Below, in pieces: positions 1 to 15,847 of a DNA stretch of 64,000 nucleotides. Under the pieces are notes generated by a model. The model did not search any database and was not told the origin of the DNA. It saw only the letters and a program-made list of their open reading frames with translations. How positions within the stretch are numbered: the first letter of the stretch is position 1; every line of letters starts with the position of its first letter. The DNA is from the human T2T-CHM13v2.0 reference genome, Homo sapiens. The translations under genes were made by a program, and so were the position numbers. Location of the stretch: NCBI RefSeq assembly GCF_009914755.1, contig NC_060932.1; one strand, written 5' to 3'.

Positions 1-1
1 C

Positions 2-501
<500 letters not shown>

Positions 502-751
502 TAATTTGGTAACATTTTGGGCCATGGCTTTTAGATGTTTATTTCCCTACTTATTATGCTTATTATCAAAGATTTTGTTATCTTTCACTTCTCCTAGAAG
601 ACCACAACTAAGTGGATATGATCAGTAAACTGACTGTTCTTACTTAAATACAGACTGCTCTTGCATCTGTGAGTCTTGTAGAGGGTCTTAACTTCTGCTT
701 CATAGGTAGGGAGTCTCTAAAATCCCTGAAATTGTGTGCCAGATTTTGTGA

Positions 752-1075
<324 letters not shown>

Positions 1076-1123
1076 TAGTTTTAGGGGTCTAGAATCTCTA
1101 AAAAGGTTAAGAGCAGTATGTCT

Positions 1124-1325
1124 AGGGCAGCACTTCCAGTAGAGCTTTCTGTGAGGATGATGTTCCTTTGTGCTGTCCAATACGACAGCCATTAGCCACA
1201 TGTGGCAGTTGAATACTTGAATTGTGGCTAGAGTGACTGAGGAACTGAATTTATACCTTTACTTAACTTTAATTAACTAAAAATTAAATTTGAGTAGCTC
1301 TATTGGCAAGTGGCTAGCATAGAGA
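1124..1325. mobile_element. MER3-like hAT-Charlie MITE
   Basis: gctgtccaatacgacagccattagccacatgtggc...tgtggctagagtgactgaggaactgaattt resembles the MER3 consensus. Confidence 0.7.
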
Positions 1326-1499
1326 CTAGATTAGGAATCTGCACCCTGGGTTCAGATCCTGTTCGTTTTCTGGTCTTAGTGCAATTAACTTTTCAATGCC
1401 TGTGCCTCTCACTGACTTGATGTGGTCAAATACGATGATAGAGCTGAACAGATTCTGAGTTTTTAGAAGAAAGATGCTTTAAAATACAAAAGCTACTTT

Positions 1500-2200
1500 T
1501 CTCCATCTTCACTGCTTCTGCTGTACTCTCAACCAGTGTTGTCTCTTGCCTGAACAATTGGGGGATCAGGAAAGGATTCTAGAGGGAACCTTAAGTTTCC
1601 TCCATCCTTCCTCCTTTTCAGCCCATTCTCCACACAAGAGGCAGAGTGATTTTTTGATAATTTATTCCCTCTTGTTGCTTCCTGATGAAAAGTTTTTGAA
1701 TAGCTTCTCATTGTAATTAAGATAAAATCCAAAGTGCTCAATGTGACCCGTGTAATCTTGTGCCTTCTTGCCTCTGAGGCCTCATTTCTCCTCACCTTCT
1801 ACACTTCAGCCACCCTGACCTTCTTTCAGGTTCTGGAATGTCAGTTCTTGTCTCCCTTAGAGCCTTTGCACCTGTTTTTTCCTTCCAACTACTGAGCATT
1901 CTGCCTCCACCACTCTTTACTTTGCTGAACCTTCCTCATTCTTCAGATTTCAGTCTCTAGCATTTCCCTCTAGCATCCTTTCCTGATCCCCCAAGTTAAA
2001 CTAGATCCCTCCTGTTGTTTTCAGAGAGAGCATCTTGCAAATTCCCTCAATTTATTTATATAGATTTGTGTATTTATGTAATGTCCATGTCTCTCATGAG
2101 ACTGTGAGCTTCATAAGGGTGAGGATAGAGTTGGTCCTGTTTTTCACTCTCTCCCCAGTGCTTAGCACAATGTCTGGCACAGAGAGGGTGCCCCGTAGTA
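1500..2200. mobile_element. L2 remnant
   Basis: Degenerate L2 3'-end motifs (ccagtgcttagcacaatgtctggcacag; gactgtgagcttcataaggg). Confidence 0.6.
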
Positions 2201-2295
2201 GCTAATAAGTTGTGGAGCAAAGATTTGAACCAATGAAGTTTGGTTCCAGAGCCTGTACTGTAAACCACTAAGCTGTGCTACCTGAGTTTCTGTGA

Positions 2296-2627
<332 letters not shown>

Positions 2628-2916
2628 TGATTGCTTCTTTAGGATCTGTAAGTGCACATCCTATTTCAATGAACTTCAGCATGAGTTGTGGCTATAGATT
2701 CCCTTCTTGCTATGCATGTGATACTTGAAGGACTTTTTGAAATCTTCCTCAATTCCTAGTTCCATGTGGAAAAAATATACATTTCTAGGAATAATGTAGT
2801 AGTAGTATATCTTTTATCTGGAAAGTTCTTCAAAAGGTACTGGTTTGATTTTCCTTTGGTGAGGAACATTTTATTGCTTACATTGGAGATGATGAAGTTA
2901 GCTCTAGTGGAAGAGG

Positions 2917-3215
2917 ACCAGGCGTGTGGCTCACACCTGAAATCCCAGCTCTTTGGGAGGCTGAGGTGGGTTGATTGCTTCAGCCCAGGAATTCAAGACC
3001 AGCCTGGGCACCATAGTGAGACCATATATCTACAAAAAATAAGTTCAAAAAAATTAGCTGGGCATGGTGGCATGTGACTGTGGTTCCATCTCCCAGCCAC
3101 TTGAGAGGCTGAAGTGGGAGGATCACTTGAGCCTGGGAGATTGAGGCTGCAGTGAGCCATGACAGGCCACTGCACTCCAGCCTCAGTGACAGTGAGACTG
3201 TGTCAAAAAAAAAAA
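2917..3215 (+). mobile_element. Alu (J-type)
   Basis: Sense Alu dimer with A tail. Confidence 0.92.
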
Positions 3216-3532
3216 AGAGAGAGGAGCGAGGCCTCCTTTGTTGGTACTGCGCTCTGGAGAGACTTTGAGTGTGAAGTATCTTAGTGAGTTAGTCTATGAA
3301 AACCATAGATGATTTTCTTCATATGTGAAATCTTGAGAGAAGTGTAATACTATATCCTTGCTGCTAATTCAAAGAGTATTTAGTCTGGTATTAATTACTA
3401 TGTTAAGTATAGTGGCAATTTCCCTGGTTCACCCCATAACACATACATTTCCACACATAGAAGAAGAAAGAGTGGGGGCTGATATCACAACCATGACAAA
3501 ATTATGAAGGTGGATTCATGTTCGTCCAGTGA

Positions 3533-3772
<240 letters not shown>

Positions 3773-4244
3773 TGACACAGCAAGAGAACCAAGTAAGAGA
3801 GGGACTGAACTCAGTGAATAAACACTATATTCATGCCTGGTTATGAAACAACAAACAAATGGTATGTTCATATTCTAAGTAACTGGCATTCTGATAGTGG
3901 AGATAAATGCATACACCAGGTACTGACCTAAACTCTATGCTTACCTGCACACAACTGCATTTTTGCTCATAGCTGCTGTAGTTATCACTGATAGAAGCAT
4001 ATGTGTTCATTTCATAAAAGAACCTTTTTTTATGTTGGCCTCATGTTTTTTGCAAGAAACCTCATTCTTTATGAATGTTAACTTATTCTCTAAAAGTATC
4101 AATGGGAAGAGAGGGAATACGTGTTTTTAAGTAATTAGTCCAAGAAAAACGTTTCATTAGGAAATCTGAAAGATTTAAAAATACAAGCAAATACAGATGT
4201 ATTATGAATGACTTTCTGTAAACTTCTTTTTGTTGTTGTTAAAG

Positions 4245-4364
4245 GAATAACATCACCAGCAGAAATTCCGGCAGGTACTATTCTGGGACTGACAGTTGGG
4301 GATCCTCGAATAAATTTGCCCCAAAAGAAGTCCAACGCTTTGCCCAATCCAGAAAAATGCCAAG
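4245..4364 (+). CDS. POP1: POP1 coding exon (likely exon 11)
   Basis: aag acceptor; (G)[39 protein letters not shown](D); 120 nt, phase 1-1; donor GTAAAG. Confidence 0.95.
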
Positions 4365-4709
4365 GTAAAGTTCCAAAAACACCCCAGGTTTTCCTTACTA
4401 TTTCGAGCAGTCCAGTCTTATTAGAAGAAGAGTTCTTTCTCTGACACCTCTCCAGTAACTTCATCTGTAAAAAATTAGGGCAGTCTCCTTACCTGCCCAC
4501 TTTACAAGCTGATTATGATCTAAGGAAATGGTATGTGTGGAAGTGTCTTTTAGCAGTAAAACACGTAGCCTGATACTTATGTTCATTTTATTTTCCGAGT
4601 TCTCTTTTTTTAGTATCTAGTAAAACCTGTCTCTCTGCAAACTACGTTCTCTGAAAATGTCTGGCGTTTCAGAATTTTAATTGTGAGGAAGGGATCTGCA
4701 CCCGAAGCT

Positions 4710-4778
4710 GGTCTTGTGCTCAGTGGAAGCCTCTGTCTGACCATACAGATGATCCAGGTTCGAATCCTGGCAAGGCCA
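4710..4778 (+). ncRNA. Intronic tRNA-like cloverleaf in POP1 pre-mRNA (probably the tRNA-derived head of an ancient SINE)
   Basis: Acceptor GGTCTTG/CAAGGCC plus discriminator A; D arm GCT-CAGTGGA-AGC; anticodon arm TCTGT-CTGACCAT-ACAGA; T arm CCAGG-TTCGAAT-CCTGG. Folded by hand. Confidence 0.85.
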
Positions 4779-5036
4779 TCCCAGGTGCTGAAGTATAAGA
4801 TGTCTTGGTTTAGACTAAGTAGTACTAGAGGCCTGAGAAAGTTGTTTGGCTGGGGTGGCACAGGAGGTGGGTAAGGGGCTGGCTAAAATTTTGTTCTGAT
4901 ATGAGATTGGCAGCAATTTTGATAATGTCTTATTGTATTTACTGTCATTTAAACATGATTAATTGGAAGAATAATTAAAATTACCATGTGAGTCTTTGGA
5001 GATAAAGTAAAGGTTTGTGTTGTAACGACTTCAGAA

Positions 5037-5358
<322 letters not shown>

Positions 5359-6819
5359 TAGTTAGATAGCTTATTGATGGGGCAATAAATTACTCTGTCA
5401 GAACTTCACATAAAAGGTGGATTGGATGAGAGAGGAGTTTGAAGATATATAGGTAAGTTAGTTAATTATGAAGCCTAAGACTTTACTCAATGAGTCATTG
5501 CCTCTTTCTTTTCTTTTCTTTTTTACTATGAATGTGGTCTGGTGCAACGTAAAAGTTGCAGCATTTACTACACCATTAAATGTTGACTATTATAATTGCC
5601 TTGAAGCTATAAACTCTACTTAGTTTCTCTTGCTACCTCAAATCCTTTTTTGGAATGAGGTGATTATTAAATCCTCTCTAAGGCTTTTGTTTTAATATGA
5701 ATCAGCTCAAGGAAAATTAAAGTCTATCTTGAAAAACGTGATTTAATTTGACGCCTGAAGTCAAGCAATCCTTCTGCCTCGGCCTCCCAAAGTGCTGGGA
5801 TTACAGGTGTGAGCCACCATTCCCAGCTAGAGAGCTTTTAAAAGGGAAGGTACATGAAGAAAATGAAGTGATAATGCATATTCTTAGATGCTTTGAAAAA
5901 GTTTGCTTGATAGCTGGTTCTAGAATTTGAATTAAATATTAATAATGTGTTTTTGCAAATCTTTTCAACTTTATTAACACAATATTTCACTATATAGGTA
6001 ACTGGTTTTCTAGATGAGATTTAAAAATATAGTTTCTGCCGTACTAGCTGTTGTTTTATTTGCTATCCTTAGTATTTGCCAATTTGCTTTGATGGATTAT
6101 TTTGATTAGTTCTTATCTGTGAGAGATCAATTTCCTTTAGGAAATACTGAATTTACCTTGTGCTCGTGGGCTTATGATCTTTCCCTTTAAACACTCTTTG
6201 GTAGTATGACTTTCCCATACTACCCAAAACATGGAAGGAGGATAGCTGCCTTTAGAGTGATAGGTTAGAGGTCATCCCTTTATATTTTATAGCTCTTGCA
6301 AGCACTTTGAGAGCACTGATCTGCAGCAGACTTGAGCAGTGCCCAGTTAGCAGCCATGTTCTCTGCTTCCCCTGGGCCCTTTGAACTGTTTTACATATTT
6401 TATTTAAAATACTTTAATCTGAAGGCTGTAACTTTGGTTTTATTTGATTTCCAAATGAGAAAGCCTTTTACTGGTTACCTTTGCTTCTCTGAGTAAAACT
6501 CATTAAAAGAAAGTTCAATTTAACGTTTGGTGATCTTTAAATACATTTAAGAAAGGAGAAAGCAAGCTCCTCCCTTCAGTCTTCAAGTCACATTCTGGAG
6601 TTAATATAATCAATTCAAGAACTTTTGTCTGTGTATGAAAGAAAACATGCTTTGAGTCTGGGGGAAGGACTTAGAATTACATTCAGAAGTGGCAGTCATT
6701 CTAGGCCCACTGATGTGTGTGCTGACTCAGCTGGGGATATTCTTTTTCTCTTCCCAGTAAAGACTATTGACCTAAGAGGGCCTTCCCCTTAGCCTTCAGA
6801 CGTACTCCACTTTGTTGTA

Positions 6820-8042
<1,223 letters not shown>

Positions 8043-8287
8043 GACCTATCTATTATTATCTTTTAGAATATTTGAAGATGAGGTAGTACTTTCCTGTATC
8101 TTTACACTGTAAGTATCAACTATCTCTTTTGTCTGCAGCTTAGTCTGACTAAAATCCCAATCATGTTCCCGAAATCCGTGGCAGTGCTCCACAGGAAAGC
8201 ACTCTGGGTACCCAGGCTGTTGGAAGTGGAGCTTGACTGCCCCTAGACAGGCCATGTGAACTTGCAGCACACAGCACTGTGGCTTGA

Positions 8288-8659
<372 letters not shown>

Positions 8660-9094
8660 TGTTGTGGCTTTTAAACAGTTTTAATCTCAGATCTTTTCAT
8701 CAACTTAATTTTTTCTAACTTCGTTCTCCCCTAAAATCTGTCACACTATGGCCCAATTGCTTCCAACTTATTCTTTCCTAGCCATCAGACCCAGCAGGCA
8801 GGTATGTGCCTTTGAGTGATGTTTCTGTGTGGACAGTTTAGAACCATAACGCAAACTCACAAATTGTCTTTTTTTCTAATGAAAATTCTTCAGTTCAACA
8901 AAATAAGATTTGGGAGATGTTTTTCCCTGGGGATTAAATGACTGCATGTAGGAAGTTCCTTCTATCAATATAGAAGTTTGTCACTGATAAAGTTTGTTCC
9001 CCTTCCTGCTTGAGTACTTTCTAGCACGGTACAGCTTATTTAAAGGGATAAAACACTATGTATCACTGAAAATATGTTTATTTTAAAGGGATGA

Positions 9095-9441
<347 letters not shown>

Positions 9442-9574
9442 TTATCAGAGACTTAAAATAATGGACAGAAGAGAAGATGATGATATCTGTTGGCTCACCA
9501 CCATTGGATGAGGAATGATACACAAAGCCCTGAAGCCAGTAGTTGAAATATGACATGTATTTATAATATGGCAT

Positions 9575-9700
9575 ATTATTATTTAGAGATGGGGTCTTGC
9601 TATGTTGCCCAGGCTGGACTTAAACTCCTAGGCTTAAGTCACCCTCCCCCCTTAGCCTCCCAAGTGGCTAGAATTACAGGTGTGCACCACCATGCCTGCC
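9575..9700 (-). mobile_element. Alu monomer (FLAM-like)
   Basis: Single antisense arm. Confidence 0.8.
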
Positions 9701-10001
9701 TTAATGTGCCGTATTATTTGCCTTTGCCGTGGCTCCTAGAATTTGATTATCTTACATGTGGAATTAGACAGTTATTTGGAGGCAATTTAATATTGTGATA
9801 TTTGCATCTTATACATGAAAAATCAATACCAGAGAAAACTGCTTAGAAGCCTTTGCTATGTCATAGACTGTAAAACCGACTATAAGAATAACTTAATTTC
9901 TTGTCAAGTAAATTCTTCTAAGTTAAGTAAATGCCTATGAAATATTGTTTTGTAACAAAAGGCCTATTGCCAATGTTTGGAGTTTGACTTCATTGATCTG
10001 A

Positions 10002-10214
<213 letters not shown>

Positions 10215-10579
10215 TAGAGACCATAAAAAGTTATTCATACTTCATAGAATTCCATAGACTTTCTTTTGTTTTCAAACAAGTTGTTGATCCCTAACTCATG
10301 ATATGTACTGTGATTTTCTTCTGTTCTTATGGATAATCTAAGAATAAGGATAGGGATCTAAGAATAAGATAAGGATCTTGTCTATTATCCAAGGATAAGA
10401 ATCTAAGAATAAAGATACATACTGTGATTTTTTTCTGTTCTTAGAGATAAAGTAAGAATAATCTCTAGAAAATGTTAATACAAAGACTTTTTCTTGAAAT
10501 GATGATCTCATGGTTGAAATATGTTTTTCTTTTATTGTTTTCTTTTCCCTTAAATGTTCTCTGTCTTTAATTTTACTAT

Positions 10580-11690
10580 GACTGGGGACCTTCCAGGGCC
10601 AGACATTGTGTAAGATGCTGGGATAGATGACTTAGATGTGGTCAAAGAAGTACAGGGCACTCAGGAAACCTCTAGAAGGGGTACTGAGCTCAGATGAGAA
10701 AAATGAGGCCAGCCTCCTGATGGAAGAGCAGGCATTTGAACTGACTCTCAGATGGGAGCCAGAAGTCACCAGACTTCTTGGGGGCAGGGTCAAGGTTTCA
10801 GTGAAGATAAGATTGCAGGAAGTAAGAAAAGCATGTGCAGGAGCCCAGGCAAAAACCAGGAAGACTCTACAAGTGGATCAGGAGCTAGGAATCAGGAATG
10901 GGGTGAGAGAGGAAGCTGAAGACACAAATGGGGCTACAGCATGAAAGACCTTGAAGCCTTTTCAGGATTTGGACTGGAGATGTGGGACACCCTTGAAAGT
11001 TTTAAGGTTGGCTGTGACATGATGAGATTTCACTCTGACAGCAGTGTGGGGTTGGAGATGGGGGGTGAGGAAGCTGGAGAGAGACTGTGGGTTGGATGGC
11101 CTTAAAAAGACCCTTGAAATATTCTAGGTATGACATAATGGGGGCCTGAATTGTGGCAGTGTGGCTAGAGTGGAGAGGGTGATGTTTAACGCATATTCCT
11201 GGAAGGTGAAATTGACAAGGCTTGGTGGTTGGTTGGAAGATAGGAGGTAAGAAAGGAGGAGGTGTGTCGATTAGGTCCTGATATTCTAGCTTGGATTTAG
11301 GATTTCAGCTAAAAGAGAGCCAGAACCATGTCTTACTTGCTCACTGATGTATTTCCAGGTTCTAGAAAAGTGTGTGGTACATAGAAGTGCTCAGTAAATA
11401 TTTGAATGGCTGAATGAATGGAGTGTGTGAATTGTGGTGTCATTCAGCTAGGTGAGGAATATAGGAAGAGAGCAAATACAGTGGGAAGGGTGATGAGTTC
11501 AATCTTGAGCTTGAGGGGCTGTGGGACTTCCCAAGAGCAGAGGTCCAGGAGACAGGTTTTGATCCCGGGAGGAAAAGTCGGGGCTAAAGAGATATAGTTT
11601 GGAATTACTAACACATAGATGGTAGTGGAAACTCCGAAAGTGGAAAAGAAGAATCAGGATTGGACCTGGCTTGAAGAGCGTTCATGAGGT
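10580..11690. mobile_element. L2 remnants
   Basis: Purine-rich degenerate L2 sequence plus an L2 3' end (gtgctcagtaaatatttgaatggctgaatgaatg). Confidence 0.6.
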
Positions 11691-12285
11691 AGCAGTTAGA
11701 CTATGGCCTGGAGGCAGTCTCTTGCATAGTTTTTCTAAACAGTGATAGCCCTCTTACCTACCTGTTAATCTCTTTTTACAGCTCCAAGAAAAGTCTGAAA
11801 GGATGTTATCCACCCCCTACATTCCCCTTAACAATAATTTTAAACATCTTCTATTTAATTCTTGAAGATCTGATGAGCAATTTTCTCAAGAGCCAGTGCA
11901 TTTCTCTAGTTGCCCATCCTTGAGAAGGTGTCACTTAATTGTTTATATCTTTTTTACTTCATGACACCAAATCTTAATCAAAATCAATGTAAGGACAGAA
12001 TATCAACATACAAGATTAATCTTGATATAAGAGATCAGCAGAATGAATACTGATAATGAATGATATAAGATAATTTCGCATTTCTACCTAAGCACTTGTA
12101 TAGAGGAAAATATCTGTAGGAGGAATACCTTATACTTAAAATGGCTCACATTTATTTATTTAGAACGTTTTTCTCTTGCTTTTTTAAAAGAGCATTTAAC
12201 TTTCTAAAGCTGCTTATAGGGAGACCCAGGAGGATCTCCCAGAAGACTAGGGCTATTTGTCTTGAATTATTTTCTTCCACTTTAG

Positions 12286-12525
<240 letters not shown>

Positions 12526-12945
12526 TAATAAATGCTAAGTACTCAAAATGTTCCAGACTTTATGTACAATTTAGGAGGAATTGAGTGGTGTATTTCTGCC
12601 CTTAGAGCTATAGTCCTGGATACAAGATACTTCATACATATAGTCCCTGGAGCCAGGTTCTCATTATAAGACCTGTGCTGACATATCGTCAATTGTTGAG
12701 GTTTTTAAAGTGGCCTGATATTCGAATAGTAGTGGCAACAAAAATGTTGAGGTATTTGATTTGAAGAAATTTGTTATAAGTTTAAAAGCAAAGGACTTAA
12801 CTTTTACAGATGGATAGAATACTTTTTTTTTTGTTTTTGAAATGTTAACTATAATCATATACTCCTATTTATCAACTGCAGCTAAAAATTTTATTAGAAT
12901 CGAATGTGTCTTTTTTTTCCTGGTTATTTCAAATATTACTTTGAA

Positions 12946-13268
12946 GGCTGGGTGTGGTGGCTCACTCCTGTAATCCCAGCACTTTGGGAGACTGAGGTGG
13001 GCAGATCACTTGAGGTCAGAAGTTTGAGGCCAGCCTGTCCAACATGGTGAAACCCCATCTCTACTAAAAATACAAAAACTAGCTGGGTGTGGTGGTGCAT
13101 ACCTGTAATCCCAACTCCTTGGGAGGCTGAGGCATAAGAATCCCTTGAACCTGGGAGGCGGAGTTTCAGTGAGCTGAGATCATACCACTGCACTCTAGCC
13201 TGGGCGACAGAGCGAGACTCTGTCTCAAAATAAATAAATAAATAAAATAAATAAGTAAATAAATAAAT
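12946..13268 (+). mobile_element. Alu (S-type) with (TAAA)n tail
   Basis: Sense Alu; TSD aaatattactt(t/c)ga. Confidence 0.95.
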
Positions 13269-13947
13269 ATTACTTCGATTCTAGAGAGTGTAAAAGGCAT
13301 GTGAGACTTTTAGATTCATGCCGGTAATTAATTTTTAGCATGCCTAGTGCAAGGGACATCCAGTTAATCATTCAGGAGTAGGAATATTTAAAAATAATCC
13401 TACTTAATTTTTTACTATGAGATGCTTTCAAGCATACAAAAAAGAATAGATGCTGATATAGTGAATGCCTGTGTGCCATTTACCCGCCATCCGGCTTAAG
13501 AAATATAACATTACAGATGCATTGATGCACCCTGTGTACCTCTCTCCAGTTTCATTTCCCTCCCTCCTTTTAAAATAATCACTCCGCTGATTTCGGTATT
13601 TGCTACTACCATGCATATTTTTATAGCTTTATTAAAGTATGTTTGTATCCCACAATAAAATAACTATTTAGACTTGACATGTTTTTAAAGTATATACCTT
13701 ACTGTATATATGATTTTGCAACTTGCTGTATTCACTTGGCATTGAGATTCTTTTCCATATTGGTTAATGAAGCATGACGAAGCTCGATTTTATTCATTTT
13801 TACTATTGCATGGTAATCCATTGTGTGTATTTCTATCCATTCTCCTTTTGAGGGGCGTTTAGGTTGTTCCCATTTTCCCCCATATAAACATTAAGCAATT
13901 CACTTTAAGTTGGTAGACTGACAGTATCTTTTTGACATTTCTTTTAG

Positions 13948-14103
<156 letters not shown>

Positions 14104-14549
14104 TAAGAAACTGGCTTCTCTAGTTTGATAATGTATTAAGGAAAAGAGAAGTGCCTGCTTATATTGGTATCCCAAACATTAGGATGGCTTTGGTAATTTC
14201 ATAGACTTTTCAGTGAGTTCAGCATTACTGAGAAATAATTAAGAAGATATTACTTAAGTGAGGAGATTGTCTTATATCTATTTGGCTTTTGTAGGCCCAT
14301 TTTGGTTATAAACCCTTCTGTTTGTTATTTATTTCTATCAATAATGATGTACACTTAAACTTGGACATGAGTCTCAGACACTTGTTAATAGATTTCTACT
14401 ACCAACCCGTGTCTCCCTCCAAAATGGAAATTGTGTTTTTAAAACTTATTATAGAAGTAATATATAGTTATCAAAATTTAATTAAACTATGAAAATATAT
14501 AAAAAGATAAATTGGTATAGTCCTGCCACCCAGAGAGATAAGTACTGTT

Positions 14550-14842
14550 TGTTTTTTTTTTTTTGAGATGGTGGTCTTGCTCTGTTGCCCAGGCTGTAGT
14601 TCAGTGGCGTGATCTTGGCTCACTGAAACCTCTGCCTCCTGGGCTCAAGCGATTCTTTCACCTCACCCGTGTAGCTGAGAGTAAAGGCATGTGCCATTGT
14701 GCCTGGCTAACTTCTGTATTTTCTGTAGAGACGGGGTTTCACCATGTTGCCCAGGCTGGTCTCGATACCAATTTTCCATAGATCCACCGGCCTTGGCCTC
14801 CCAAAGTGCCAGGATTATAGGTGTGAGCCACTGTGCCTGGCC
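14550..14842 (-). mobile_element. Alu (J-type)
   Basis: Diverged antisense Alu. Confidence 0.9.
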
Positions 14843-15202
14843 AAGCACTGTTTTTATATCTTAGTACCTATCCATTTAGACTTTTCTTTTTTCATTGGAA
14901 GTGTGGCCGATGAGGGTCATGATTTCCTTTATATTGCAAAGTATATTCTAACATTGGGAATTTGTTGCCCCCTAAATTGTAGGCTCCCAGAAGCACAGAA
15001 GCTGTCTCTCTTTATTGTGGCATTTGCAGTGTCTAGCCAGTGCCTGGTGCACAGTAGGTCTTAATAACCTTTATTTGTTGTCTGATGAATGACTGGTTGA
15101 ATACTGTAGTTCCTTGATGGTGAGCTTCATGAGGGCAGAATTGTGTTTTCTTGTTCATTGCTGCAACCATAACTGTAGAGACAGGCAGTCTGCCTAGCTT
15201 GC

Positions 15203-15504
15203 TTTTTTTTTTTTTTTTTTTTTTGAGGCAGGATCTCACTCTGTCACCCAGGCTGGAGTACAGTGGCGTGATCATGGCTGACCACAGCCTCCACCTCCCA
15301 GACCCAGGTGATCCTCCCACCTCAGCCTCCTGAGTAGCTGGGACTATAGGCACCTGCCACCATGCCTGGCTAATTTTTGTAGAGATGAGGTTTTGCCATG
15401 TTGCCCAGGGTGTTCTTGAATTCCTGGGCTCAAGTCTCAAGTGATCCACCTCCTTTGGCCTCCCAAAGTGCTAGGGTTACAGGTGTGAGCCACCCTGCCT
15501 GGCC
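15203..15504 (-). mobile_element. Alu (J-type)
   Basis: Antisense Alu after a T run. Confidence 0.92.
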
Positions 15505-15847
15505 TGTGCCTGCGTTTCAAACTATTTGCTGAGTGGTGGATGAATGAGTGACTAGTGATGTATTCCTGGATTGCTACCTTACCAGCTCTTTGAGGGCAGC
15601 AATCACATGTTATACATCCTTGTGCCTCCCATAGTACGTAGTTGAGAGGCTTCTATGTGTTTGTTAAATAATAGTTAAAAATAATACTTATTTCTTACTC
15701 TTCAGAGCTTTTTATGCATGCAAATTTTCCATAGATATACATATTTTTTTAAAGAATGGTATTACATACATTATTTTGAAACCTGTCTTTTTCGTTTAAC
15801 AATATGGTATGTATGGTTTTACCATATCAAAAAATAAGACTCTAAAC

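Noticed and set aside
4710-4778. Calling the cloverleaf a functional tRNA-Val(GAC) gene
   Set aside because: 8-nt anticodon loop, shortened D arm and A box, no similarity to human tRNA-Val and no nearby terminator; treated as a tRNA mimic instead.
8046-8270. 74-aa minus-strand ORF in unique-looking intron sequence
   Set aside because: No recognisable domain, splice context or promoter; length is within chance expectation.
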